A stretch of 64,000 nt of DNA from Escherichia phage vB_Eco_F26, in sequence record OP870145.1; one strand, given 5' to 3'. Position 1 is the first letter of the stretch, and the number at the start of each line of letters is the position of its first letter. The notes under the pieces are model-generated. The model did no database searches and was not told the origin of the DNA. It worked only from the letters and a program-made list of their open reading frames with translations. A program made the translations under genes and the position numbers. This document shows, one piece after another, positions 48,685 to 58,412 of this stretch.

Positions 48685-50118
48685 TTATTTGCTTTGAATT
48701 ATACCGCCAGGATTAGCTTCATAAAACTTAGCTACATCCGACTTCTTAATTTTGATTAAACGGGTTTGTTGGCTATTCACATCATTTGTTGGAATAGCAA
48801 TTTCACAGCACAAGTTACTCTGACGAATAGGTGCCTTTTCACGAATAAACGGAGTATAGTTATTCGTATTATCAATGAACTGCACATAAATCCTTGCTGT
48901 TCCTGATCGTTCAGTCATGAGCAATTCAAACAGTTCACGGGCTTTAATACGCTTTTTACGAATATTAGGGTCTTTTTCTGCGGCTTCGTATAATTCACGG
49001 AAACGGTCTTGGTCTTTAAAATAAGAATAATAAAGTTCGCCACCCATTTCATGCGGACTGAACAAAGTAATGTAATCGTTCTTTCCGAATCGTTCCATCA
49101 TCAAATCATTCAGCTGAACACCATAATCCATGTGACGAATGCGGTTTTCTTCTACGCCTTTGTTATTTTTCAAAACGAGAAGATTTTCAACTTCCAAATG
49201 CCAAATAGGATAATAAGCAGTAGCAGCGCCGCCACGAATTCCACCCTGTGAACATGATTTAACAGCAGTCTGAAAATGTTTCCAAAAAGGAATAACACCA
49301 GTATGGCGTACTTCACCCATGCCAATCTTAGAACCTTCGGCACGAATCATACCAACGTTAATACCAATTCCAGCGCGTTTAGAGATATATTCAACAATTG
49401 AAGCGGAAGCCTTATTGATAGACTTTAATGAATCACCTGCCTCAATAACAACACATGAACTAAACTGTCGAGTCGGAGTACGACAACCAGCCATAATAGG
49501 AGTTGGCAATGAAATCTGTCGAGTAGATACTGCTTCATAAAAACGAATAACATGTTTTAGTCTATCAACAGGTTCATCTTGATGCAATGCCATTCCAATA
49601 GTCATAAATGCAAACTGTGGGGTTTCATAAATTTGACCGGTGGTTTTATCTTTAACTAGATATTTTTCTTTTAATTGCATCGCCCCGGAATAAGTAAATT
49701 CCATATCCCGTTCGTGCTTAATTTTTGATTCTAAAAATGTAATTTCTTCTGCTGAATATTTTGACAATAATTCAGGGTCATATTTACCTTCATTTACACA
49801 GTAAGAAATATGGTCAATAAATGAACGCGGTTCATACTGCCCATAAACATGCTTACGAAGAGCGAACATTAAACAGCGTGCAGCTACATATTGATAATCA
49901 GGTTCTTCAACCGAAATAGAATTCGCAGCAGCCTTAATGACAATAGTCTGAATATCATCAGTTGTCATTCCATCACGGAGATAAGATTTAATATTTTCAT
50001 ATAATTCATAAGGATCTACTGATGTTCCCTCAGCTGCCCAAGATAAAACTTTAATAATTTTTTGTGGGTCAAAGCTCTGAGAAACACCACTACTTTTGAT
50101 AACATTAATTAATTGCAT
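48685..50118 (-). CDS. nrdA: ribonucleotide reductase large subunit NrdA, N-terminal piece
   Basis: 477 aa; class Ia R1 through active-site SNLCCEIAIPTNDVNS, then 28 non-homologous residues and a stop. Confidence 0.85.
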   Translation of the reverse strand: MQLINVIKSSGVSQSFDPQKIIKVLSWAAEGTSVDPYELYENIKSYLRDGMTTDDIQTIVIKAAANSISVEEPDYQYVAARCLMFALRKHVYGQYEPRSFIDHISYCVNEGKYDPELLSKYSAEEITFLESKIKHERDMEFTYSGAMQLKEKYLVKDKTTGQIYETPQFAFMTIGMALHQDEPVDRLKHVIRFYEAVSTRQISLPTPIMAGCRTPTRQFSSCVVIEAGDSLKSINKASASIVEYISKRAGIGINVGMIRAEGSKIGMGEVRHTGVIPFWKHFQTAVKSCSQGGIRGGAATAYYPIWHLEVENLLVLKNNKGVEENRIRHMDYGVQLNDLMMERFGKNDYITLFSPHEMGGELYYSYFKDQDRFRELYEAAEKDPNIRKKRIKARELFELLMTERSGTARIYVQFIDNTNNYTPFIREKAPIRQSNLCCEIAIPTNDVNSQQTRLIKIKKSDVAKFYEANPGGIIQSK

Positions 50119-50435
50119 AAGTCCTCAACTTGAAAATCGTCTTTAAACAATCGGTTAACTATATGAGCTATTATATCACCATGACACGGCTTTGGTTTAC
50201 ATGTGCATCCTAGCCTCATTCCACGTAAAGGCTCTAAATGTGCTTTAGTTATTTCTCCAGATTTAATTCGACGTATAAAATCTTTTTTGAATAATTCAAT
50301 GGCAGCCTCCCGGCTGCCAGCATCTTTACCGACGTAATTTCCCCAAAATGTACCGCGGTGAATATTAACATCAAAGTCGGATTTATATTTATTCACTACC
50401 CGGCATAGACGGCCCACGCTGGAATAATTCTTCAT
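50109..50435 (-). CDS. hypothetical protein (nrdA.1-like, Cys/His motif)
   Basis: 108 aa; [11 protein letters not shown] motif; between td and nrdA. Confidence 0.5.
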   Translation of the reverse strand: MKNYSSVGRLCRVVNKYKSDFDVNIHRGTFWGNYVGKDAGSREAAIELFKKDFIRRIKSGEITKAHLEPLRGMRLGCTCKPKPCHGDIIAHIVNRLFKDDFQVEDLCN

Positions 50436-50652
50436 ATTGTTTTTCCGTTAAAACAGTAATATCGTAGTAACAGTCAGAAGAAGTTTTAACTGTGGAAATT
50501 TTATTATCAAAATACTCACGAGTCATTTTATGAGTATAGTATTTTTTACCATAAATGGTAATAGGCTGTTCTGGTCCTGGAACTTCTAACTCACTTGGGT
50601 TAGGAAGTGTAAAAAGAACAACGCCAGAAGTATCTTTAAATCGTAAAATCAT
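50389..50652 (-). CDS. hypothetical protein (nrdA.2-like)
   Basis: 87 aa ORF between td exon 2 and nrdA.1. Confidence 0.45.
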   Translation of the reverse strand: MILRFKDTSGVVLFTLPNPSELEVPGPEQPITIYGKKYYTHKMTREYFDNKISTVKTSSDCYYDITVLTEKQYEELFQRGPSMPGSE

Positions 50653-50960
50653 ATTGCCATTTTCCCTTTAATTGCTGGATGCGATTCATAATTTTCAAGG
50701 ATAAAATCTTTCGGTTTCATGTATTCAGTTAACCAGTAAAGCTGTGTTTCGGTGTCACAATTTCCAAACTCTATAGGCCAATCAATTTTAAGTTCACACA
50801 GTTCTTTAGGCTCACGACGTAAAATTTCTTTACATTGCTCAGTATGATTCATATAGATGTGAGTATTACCACCAGAAAATATCAAATCTCCTGGGATAAG
50901 ATTACACATCTTAGCTACAATATGAACTAGTGCAGCATATGATGCAATATTAAACGGTAG
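50649..50960 (-). CDS. td: thymidylate synthase, exon 2
   Basis: Begins [11 protein letters not shown]... immediately after intron 3'-terminal G; 103 aa + stop. Confidence 0.9.
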   Translation of the reverse strand, partial: LPFNIASYAALVHIVAKMCNLIPGDLIFSGGNTHIYMNHTEQCKEILRREPKELCELKIDWPIEFGNCDTETQLYWLTEYMKPKDFILENYESHPAIKGKMAI

Positions 50961-51976
50961 CATTATGTTCAGATAAGGTCGTTAATCTTACCCCGGAATT
51001 ATATCCAGCTACATGTCACCATGCAGAGCAGACTATATCTCCAACTTGTTAAAGCAAGTTGTCTATCGTTTCGAGTCACTTGACCCTACTCCCCAAAGGG
51101 ATAGTCGTTAGGCATTTATGTAGAACCAATTCCATTTATCAGATTTTACACGATAAGTAACTAATCCAGACGAAATTTTAAAATGTCTAGCTGCATCTGC
51201 TGCACAATCAAAAATAACCCCATCACATGAAATCTTTTTAATATTACTAGGCTTTTTACCTTTCATCTTTTCTGATATTTTAGATTTAGTTATGTCTGAA
51301 TGCTTATGATTAAAGAATGAATTATTTTCACCTGAACGATTTCTGCATTTACTGCAAGTATAAGCAGAAGTTTGTATGCGAACACCGCACTTACAAAACT
51401 TATGGGTTTCTGGATTCCAACGCCCGTTTTTACTTCCGGGTTTACTGTAAAGAGCTTTCCGACCATCAGGTCCAAGTTTAAGCATCTTAGCTTTAACAGT
51501 TTCAGAACGTTTCTTAATAATTTCTTCTTTTAATGGATGCGTAGAACATGTATCACCAAACGTTGCATCAGCAATATTGTATCCATTAATTTTAGAATTA
51601 AGCTCTTTAATCCAAAAATTTTCTCGTTCAATAATCAAATCTTTCTCATATGGAATTTCTTCCAAAATAGAACATTCAAACACATTACCATGTTTGTTAA
51701 AAGACCTCTGAAGTTTTATAGAAGAATGGCATCCTTTTTCTAAATCTTTAAAATGCCTCTTCCATCTCTTTTCAAAATCTTTAGCACTTCCTACATATAC
51801 TTTATTGTTTAAAGTATTTTTAATCTGATAAATTCCGCTTTTCATAAATACCTCTTTAAATATAGAAGTATTTATTAAAGGGCAGTCCTACAATTTAGCA
51901 CGGGATTGTCTACTAGAGAGGTTCCCCGTTTAGATAGATTACAAGTATAAGTCACCTTATACTCAGGCCTCAATTA
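50961..51976 (-). mobile_element. td group I self-splicing intron (1016 nt)
   Basis: 5' end UAAUUGAGGCCUGAGUAUAAGGUGACUUAUACUUG..., 3' end ...ACAUAAUG, recognisable as the T4 td intron; contains I-TevI ORF. Confidence 0.9.
51108..51845 (-). CDS. I-TevI GIY-YIG homing endonuclease (intron-encoded)
   Basis: 245 aa; GIY-YIG motif (SGIYQIKN...VYVGSAKDFEKRWKRH); zinc finger CKCG..CSKC; inside td intron. Confidence 0.9.
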   Translation of the reverse strand: MKSGIYQIKNTLNNKVYVGSAKDFEKRWKRHFKDLEKGCHSSIKLQRSFNKHGNVFECSILEEIPYEKDLIIERENFWIKELNSKINGYNIADATFGDTCSTHPLKEEIIKKRSETVKAKMLKLGPDGRKALYSKPGSKNGRWNPETHKFCKCGVRIQTSAYTCSKCRNRSGENNSFFNHKHSDITKSKISEKMKGKKPSNIKKISCDGVIFDCAADAARHFKISSGLVTYRVKSDKWNWFYINA

Positions 51977-52525
51977 ACCCAAGAAAACATCTACTGATCG
52001 TTGATACCACTGAAGGTCAAGGTATCCATTACGAACATTAAATTGATAAAACATATGACAAGGCGGTAATGCCATCTGCTTGAGTTCAGCTGGATTCCAT
52101 GCTGAAACGATTTGACGTCGATCAGTTGGTAATTTTTTAATACGATCAATAGTTTCAACTAATTGATCCACACCACCGAAATCACGCCATTGTTTACCGT
52201 ATATAGGACCAAGTTCACCACTATGGTATCCTAAATCTTTTGCTTGATTTTCGTAATTTTCATCCCAGACTGTTTTGCCTTGGATTAACGAATCATGCTG
52301 AATTAATCGTAAATCATTGACATTTGTGCTTCCTGATAAAAACCATATTAACTCAGAAATGCAAGCTTTCCAGGCGAGCTTTTTAGTTGTTACTGCAGGA
52401 AAACCTTTGGTTAAATCCCAACGCAATTTAGTACCGAACAAAGCAATTGTTCCTGTGCCTGTTCGGTCATCAGTTTCATAGCCATTTTCAAAAATGTCTT
52501 TAATTAAATCTTGGTATTGTTTCAT
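51977..52525 (-). CDS. td: thymidylate synthase, exon 1
   Basis: 183 aa N-terminal TS ending ...VDVFLG before intron; exon1+exon2 = 286 aa as T4 TS. Confidence 0.9.
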
Positions 52526-52566
52526 TTAGTACCTTATATAAATTATAATACATTTTATGAAGCTAA

Positions 52567-52914
52567 TTAATATGGTTTAGCATCAAATTTTCTCTCAATT
52601 TCAGGCGTGAAATATAATTCTTTACCGCGTTTGGAAAAACGACCAATAATATGATAATTATTCTCATCAAACGTGATATTACCAATATCCATAGCTTTCA
52701 ACCAAATATCGATATTTCTATCCAGCTTTATGTCAAAATTCCAATACGGAGAACTATTACCGAAAATACTGCAAGCGGATTCAGTGAAACAACTGCTATA
52801 AATCTTATCTTTGGGAACTACTAATTGATAGACGCCTTTAATAAACTGAGGACCCTGCCATTTTGGTTGTTTCGCGTCTTTTTCTAATAGAATAGGGTAA
52901 TAATTAAAATTCAT
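52567..52914 (-). CDS. hypothetical protein inserted between frd and td
   Basis: 115 aa ORF with no recognisable motifs; fills a 408-bp gap where T4 frd and td overlap. Confidence 0.5.
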   Translation of the reverse strand: MNFNYYPILLEKDAKQPKWQGPQFIKGVYQLVVPKDKIYSSCFTESACSIFGNSSPYWNFDIKLDRNIDIWLKAMDIGNITFDENNYHIIGRFSKRGKELYFTPEIERKFDAKPY

Positions 52915-52933
52915 ATTTCCGCCACGCGTTATT

Positions 52934-53760
<827 letters not shown>

Positions 53761-53770
53761 ATTATTTTCC

Positions 53771-54013
53771 TTAAACAGACTTTTTCACAATTTTCCAATC
53801 AGCTTTAAACTGTTCAACGTCAGAATGGTAAATCCAGAATCCTGCGCTTTCTCCGTCTTCATAAAGAGGGCATCCATCGCATTCATCTTCCCATCCCATA
53901 TCACGTAAAAGATGTTCAGCTTTTTCAACAAGTTCAGAATCTTTACCGATGATATTAAAATACCATTTACCTCTAACTTCTGAATCTTTGATGCTTTGGC
54001 GTTGTAATCTCAT
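53771..54013 (-). CDS. hypothetical protein (frd.2-like)
   Basis: 80 aa ORF. Confidence 0.5.
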   Translation of the reverse strand: MRLQRQSIKDSEVRGKWYFNIIGKDSELVEKAEHLLRDMGWEDECDGCPLYEDGESAGFWIYHSDVEQFKADWKIVKKSV

Positions 54014-54070
54014 TTTATTCTCCTTAGTTGATAGGGTAATAGTATCACACTACTACCCTGATGTAAACAA

Positions 54071-54373
54071 TTATTTTTGAATTTTATCGAGCCACTTACC
54101 AAGCTTAATCATTTCTTTAGTAGCCTTTTCCATACTTCTGAACTTAACCAATAGAGGATAGGTATCAACACCCATAACTAAACTGGTTACAAGACTGTGT
54201 TCACCCACAAGCCATAACGAATACGTTTGAATATCGAGCCCGTAATTTCTGTCTTTATGGACCCGTACACCCATCACTTCAAATTTCTCACTAGCTTTTT
54301 CTACCGCATCCAGGAAATCATCTTTAGTCATATTAGGCCTTAAAAGTTTTTCGCAAAAGTTCAATGATTTCAT
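54071..54373 (-). CDS. hypothetical protein
   Basis: 100 aa ORF. Confidence 0.45.
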   Translation of the reverse strand: MKSLNFCEKLLRPNMTKDDFLDAVEKASEKFEVMGVRVHKDRNYGLDIQTYSLWLVGEHSLVTSLVMGVDTYPLLVKFRSMEKATKEMIKLGKWLDKIQK

Positions 54374-54719
54374 CTACATTGTTTTCGTCAACAATGCAGT
54401 GAATTTTTGTTACGCCAGAAACTATACCTTCATTAGCGGATTGAGGCTTTTCTAAAGTTACCTCAGTAAAGTATTTGAATTCTTCAGAGTAAATCTCAAA
54501 ATACGTCTCAAGTGGGCCACCCGCCATGTATTCAGTGCCATCTTCCATAGTTACACGTACCACGCATTCACCAGCACAATCATCACTTTCCATTTCATCT
54601 ACAACAAAACTAGGTCCGTGCTTCTCTATTAAATTTAGCATCATTACATTGCAACGACACTCGTTAGCAAAGTCATTTTTAAATAAAGGGTTAATGATAT
54701 AAGTTTTTCCAACTTCCAT
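54333..54719 (-). CDS. hypothetical protein
   Basis: 128 aa ORF. Confidence 0.45.
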   Translation of the reverse strand: MEVGKTYIINPLFKNDFANECRCNVMMLNLIEKHGPSFVVDEMESDDCAGECVVRVTMEDGTEYMAGGPLETYFEIYSEEFKYFTEVTLEKPQSANEGIVSGVTKIHCIVDENNVDEIIELLRKTFKA

Positions 54720-54765
54720 TTTGATTTCCTCATTTTAACGGGGCTATCAAATAGCCCCTTGATAA

Positions 54766-54993
54766 TTATTGTTCAATCAGTCCCATGTAAAATTCTGCGT
54801 CTTCAGAATCCATGCCATCACAATATTCATTAGCCATAAAACGGGTGAGGTCTTCAAGAGGACCTTCAATAACGATTTGAATACTCCAAAACTTAGAATC
54901 TTGCACGCTTGTGATACTAAGTTCAGGATAACGATTACGAATAATTTCTTCAATATATTCAAAATCAACGATGTCAATATCAACTTTAGCCAT
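54766..54993 (-). CDS. hypothetical protein
   Basis: 75 aa from ATG 54993 with AAGAGGA SD. Confidence 0.45.
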   Translation of the reverse strand: MAKVDIDIVDFEYIEEIIRNRYPELSITSVQDSKFWSIQIVIEGPLEDLTRFMANEYCDGMDSEDAEFYMGLIEQ

Positions 54994-55089
54994 ATTATTT
55001 TCCTCTTTAACTATCAGCAGTATTGCCGATAGTTGTATAGTACCATGGAAGGACAAGGATGTAAACCGTTTTGTGAAAAAATTTTTGAA

Positions 55090-55118
55090 ATAAAAAAGGG
55101 GACCTCTAGGGTCCCCAA
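55090..55118 (-). terminator. rho-independent terminator after gene 32
   Basis: GGGGACC-CTAGA-GGTCCCC hairpin followed by TTTTTATTTC on - strand. Confidence 0.7.
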
Positions 55119-55138
55119 TTAATTAGTAATATAATCTA

Positions 55139-56047
55139 TTAAAGGTCATTCAAAAGGTCATCCAGGTCCGTGTCATCAGCACTAGATGAACTGCCAGAGC
55201 TTGAGCTCATAAAATCATCTTCAGTTTTTGTATTGAAGTCATCAACATTGAATGCATCCAAATCATCAGCAACTTTATCAGCTTTCTTAGCAGCAGTCGC
55301 TGCGGCACCACCCATAGCAGCAGTTCCCATAACTTGACTGAACTTAGTGCTCAGTTCTTCAAACGATTTGAATTTATCTTTAGAAGTCATTTCAGAAAGG
55401 TCAACCATTTGTTCGAACAGTTCTTTCTGGAAAGATTCATCATCAATGTTTGGAATCGCAGATTGATTCAGGAATTTAGATTCATCGTAGTTACTAAATC
55501 CAGAAACTTGTTTAACTTTCAGTACAAAGTTAGCACCTTCCCACGGACAAGTTACATCAACCGGAGTTTCACCCATTTCAACATCAACCGCAATCATTGC
55601 ATTGATTTTATCCCAGATTTTCTTACCGAAACGGTATTTAAATACTTTACCTTCGTTTTCTGGAGCAGCCGGGTCTTTTACTACAAGAATGTTAGCCCAG
55701 TAAGAAGTTTTACGTTTAACAAGACTGTACTCTTTATTGTCAGTGTTGTACAGATCATTTTTACTGATGTATTGACATACTGGGCAAGAATCGTAATCAC
55801 CGTGGGTAGATGAACATGTTTCAATATACCATTTACCATTTTTCTTGAAACCGTGATTTACAAGAATTGCGAATGGTGCTTGTTCATCATTTTTAGACGG
55901 AAGAAAACGAATTACTGCTTGACCGTTACCCGCATTGTCGAGTTTCAGTTTCCACTCGCCTTTATCTTCAGAAGAAAAACCACCTTTATTTCCAGCCAGT
56001 TTAGCCATTTGTGCAGCGAGTTCAGCAGTAGATTTACGTTTAAACAT
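55139..56047 (-). CDS. 32: single-stranded DNA-binding protein gp32
   Basis: 302 aa; recognisable as T4 gp32 ([24 protein letters not shown]...), acidic Ser-rich C-terminus. Confidence 0.95.
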
Positions 56048-56146
56048 TTTTATTTCCTTTTTAATTTAATTAACAGTTGGTGCTATGACGATGTATGACC
56101 TCATAGCTGGTCAGTGAGATAATTATAATCTATTTATAATAAGCAA

Positions 56147-56800
56147 TTAATACTTGCAGGATTTCACAGTTTCAATGAAAACATTTTTAGCTTTCTGTGA
56201 ATCAATATTTAAAATTTTTCTATAAGCCTTTAACTTTATAGAATAATTATTCCAGACTAAATTATCAGTCTGTTCATCATGTTTATCAATTATATTTAAA
56301 AATGAATCAAGCAAGATAAACGTTTCAAACGAAATTATGTTCGATTGCAGAAGTTTAAAAATATAACTTGACTGAACTTTTGGATTATACTCAAAAATTT
56401 CTTTAAAAGCAGAAACTTCAACTTTTTTACTAAAATAATAAATGTTGCGAATATCTTCTTCAAACTTAAATTTAATTTGCTTTAAGCGTCCGATATATTC
56501 ACGATAAAACACAAGTGCATCAGCGTCAGAGATGTCACCAATCCAAGCATCTTGGTTAGCAACCAAATTGCTTATAAAGATTAAAGCAAGTTCCTTTAAT
56601 TTATATTTTTCTGATAACTTCTGGAAAAAATACTTATCCCTTCGCTTTTGATAAGCGGCATCAGACACCCGCATGCACCAATTATACTTAATTACATCAT
56701 ACTTTCCATTCATATGTTGTTTTATCATTAAGTATAATTTATAAACTGACTTACCATCAATGTATCTTTCACCACCAGCAGGCATGCGGAGTTTAATCAT
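56147..56800 (-). CDS. 59: helicase loader gp59
   Basis: 217 aa as T4 gp59; adjacent to gene 32. Confidence 0.8.
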   Translation of the reverse strand: MIKLRMPAGGERYIDGKSVYKLYLMIKQHMNGKYDVIKYNWCMRVSDAAYQKRRDKYFFQKLSEKYKLKELALIFISNLVANQDAWIGDISDADALVFYREYIGRLKQIKFKFEEDIRNIYYFSKKVEVSAFKEIFEYNPKVQSSYIFKLLQSNIISFETFILLDSFLNIIDKHDEQTDNLVWNNYSIKLKAYRKILNIDSQKAKNVFIETVKSCKY

Positions 56801-57135
56801 AGTAGAAAATCTAATGTATTAGTTTTTTCACAACGAACAACAGAAGGACGCAAAAGATTTTCGTCAATAGCTTCTGATTGAATTTTTTCAATTATACCCG
56901 AAGGAATAAATTTAGCAAATTGAGTTTCAGGAATAGAATTTTCTTCTAAGAACGCTGTTGTAGCTTCAAGATAACTCATTCCAAACTCTTCTACCATTTT
57001 TTCAATGATAAATCCATTTTCTTGTCGATCAAGAAGCTTTGCTATTTCATCCTTTTCTTTCTTAATTGAAAGTTCTTTTTCTGAAAGACCGGTCTCATCG
57101 ACCGGACGAATATCATTTAGAGAAAACTGTGTCAT
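56797..57135 (-). CDS. 33: late transcription co-activator gp33
   Basis: 112 aa from Met MTQFSLNDIRPV...; synteny. Confidence 0.7.
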   Translation of the reverse strand: MTQFSLNDIRPVDETGLSEKELSIKKEKDEIAKLLDRQENGFIIEKMVEEFGMSYLEATTAFLEENSIPETQFAKFIPSGIIEKIQSEAIDENLLRPSVVRCEKTNTLDFLL

Positions 57136-57382
57136 AAAGTTCAACTACCTCTTCAGTTTCAGCTTCAAACACATCACGATTATCTTTATGATACAAAGCT
57201 AATAGACGATTAAACATCTTACCATCAACACCAAGTTCATCTTTGGCACGAATTCGAATATCTTTAATCAGTTCATTATAACCGGAAATTTTCAGTTTAT
57301 GATCAGATGCTTCTTTAATAAATTTAGCCAAGTCTTCGCCATGGATAGCTTCATCAAATTCAACCATTTCTTTTTTAGCCAT
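57113..57382 (-). CDS. dsbA: dsDNA-binding protein DsbA
   Basis: 89 aa as T4 DsbA; synteny. Confidence 0.7.
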   Translation of the reverse strand: MAKKEMVEFDEAIHGEDLAKFIKEASDHKLKISGYNELIKDIRIRAKDELGVDGKMFNRLLALYHKDNRDVFEAETEEVVELYDTVFSK

Positions 57383-57390
57383 TATTCACC

Positions 57391-58308
57391 TCAAAATTCA
57401 TTAATGCTATTAGTTAATTTAGAAAGACCCGCTTTTACAAAATATGAATAAATTTTGCCACGCGGTGGTAATTTATATGAATTATAGTAATTCACAATGT
57501 TTGAAGCAATATTATCAGGAATATAATCAAAATCAATTAGAACTAAATTTTCTTTATAACGATTATATTCATATTCTGTGAGAAGCACCTTAGCTTGCTC
57601 ACGGTCATTAGCAATAGCTTCAACGATTGAAGTTTTCATTGAAGGAGTTCGTTCACCTTCAACTCTGGTAAACCAAAAGTCAGATCGTACTTTAACTGAA
57701 GCAACGTTATCCTTTTTGTCACCTTTAAGGATTTTAGTCATACAGTCAATTTCAGCAGAACCGCTTTTAATTTTAACCCATTTCTTGTGCATCGGTGACC
57801 ATTGCTTAACATTTGGATATTTGTGAAGCTGTGTAAAGTCACCATCCGATGAAATGATTAAAATCTTGTGTCCTTCTAAAGAGAACTTTTTAACAAGAAC
57901 AGCAATGTGGTCATCTGCTTCATACTTATCAATATCCATAACAATGTATGGCATATAAGCTTTCAATTCATCTATAACTTTATGGCTAGATTCAAAATAA
58001 CCTTCCCAGTCCCAAGTAGATTCTTCTCGTGCTTTTCCACGGTTTTTCTTATAATAATAAGCGAAATCACGACGCCAGTATCCAGATTTCGCGTTATCAA
58101 TACACAGTACAATTTTAGTGTATCCAAGCGTTTTTGCTTTTTTGACATTAAACTTAATTGAGTTCAATATCAAATGACGAACCATTGATAAATTAATTTT
58201 TTCTTTATCTGGGAAGTTTACTAAAGCAGTTGAAAGCGCGATTTGACTAAAGTCAATAAAGCAAATTCCTTCTTTGTAATCTTCATCCAGCATCATTTCT
58301 AAATCCAT
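57391..58308 (-). CDS. rnh: RNase H (5'-3' exonuclease/flap endonuclease)
   Basis: 305 aa from Met MDLEMMLDE...; synteny with dsbA and gene 34. Confidence 0.8.
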   Translation of the reverse strand: MDLEMMLDEDYKEGICFIDFSQIALSTALVNFPDKEKINLSMVRHLILNSIKFNVKKAKTLGYTKIVLCIDNAKSGYWRRDFAYYYKKNRGKAREESTWDWEGYFESSHKVIDELKAYMPYIVMDIDKYEADDHIAVLVKKFSLEGHKILIISSDGDFTQLHKYPNVKQWSPMHKKWVKIKSGSAEIDCMTKILKGDKKDNVASVKVRSDFWFTRVEGERTPSMKTSIVEAIANDREQAKVLLTEYEYNRYKENLVLIDFDYIPDNIASNIVNYYNSYKLPPRGKIYSYFVKAGLSKLTNSINEF

Positions 58309-58370
58309 ATGAACCTCGTTCAATTAGTGAGATTTCTATTATATACCATCCGAATCTTAAAGTAAACAAG

Positions 58371-58378
58371 TATAAATA
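58371..58378 (+). promoter_or_regulatory. late promoter (TATAAATA) for gene 34
   Basis: Exact TATAAATA ~35 nt upstream of gene 34 ATG. Confidence 0.7.
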
Positions 58379-58412
58379 CTTATTATTGAAAACACAATAG
58401 GAGCCCGGGAGA

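Noticed and set aside
47929-48685. Possibility that the nrdA interruption is an intein
   Set aside because: The upstream nrdA piece ends in a stop codon, the HNH ORF is in a separate frame with its own SD, and the downstream piece has its own ATG; not an in-frame protein insertion
55334-56098. + strand ORFs of 159 and 81 aa opposite gene 32
   Set aside because: Antisense to a confidently identified gp32 CDS; Phe/Asn-rich composition typical of AT-rich frame artefacts
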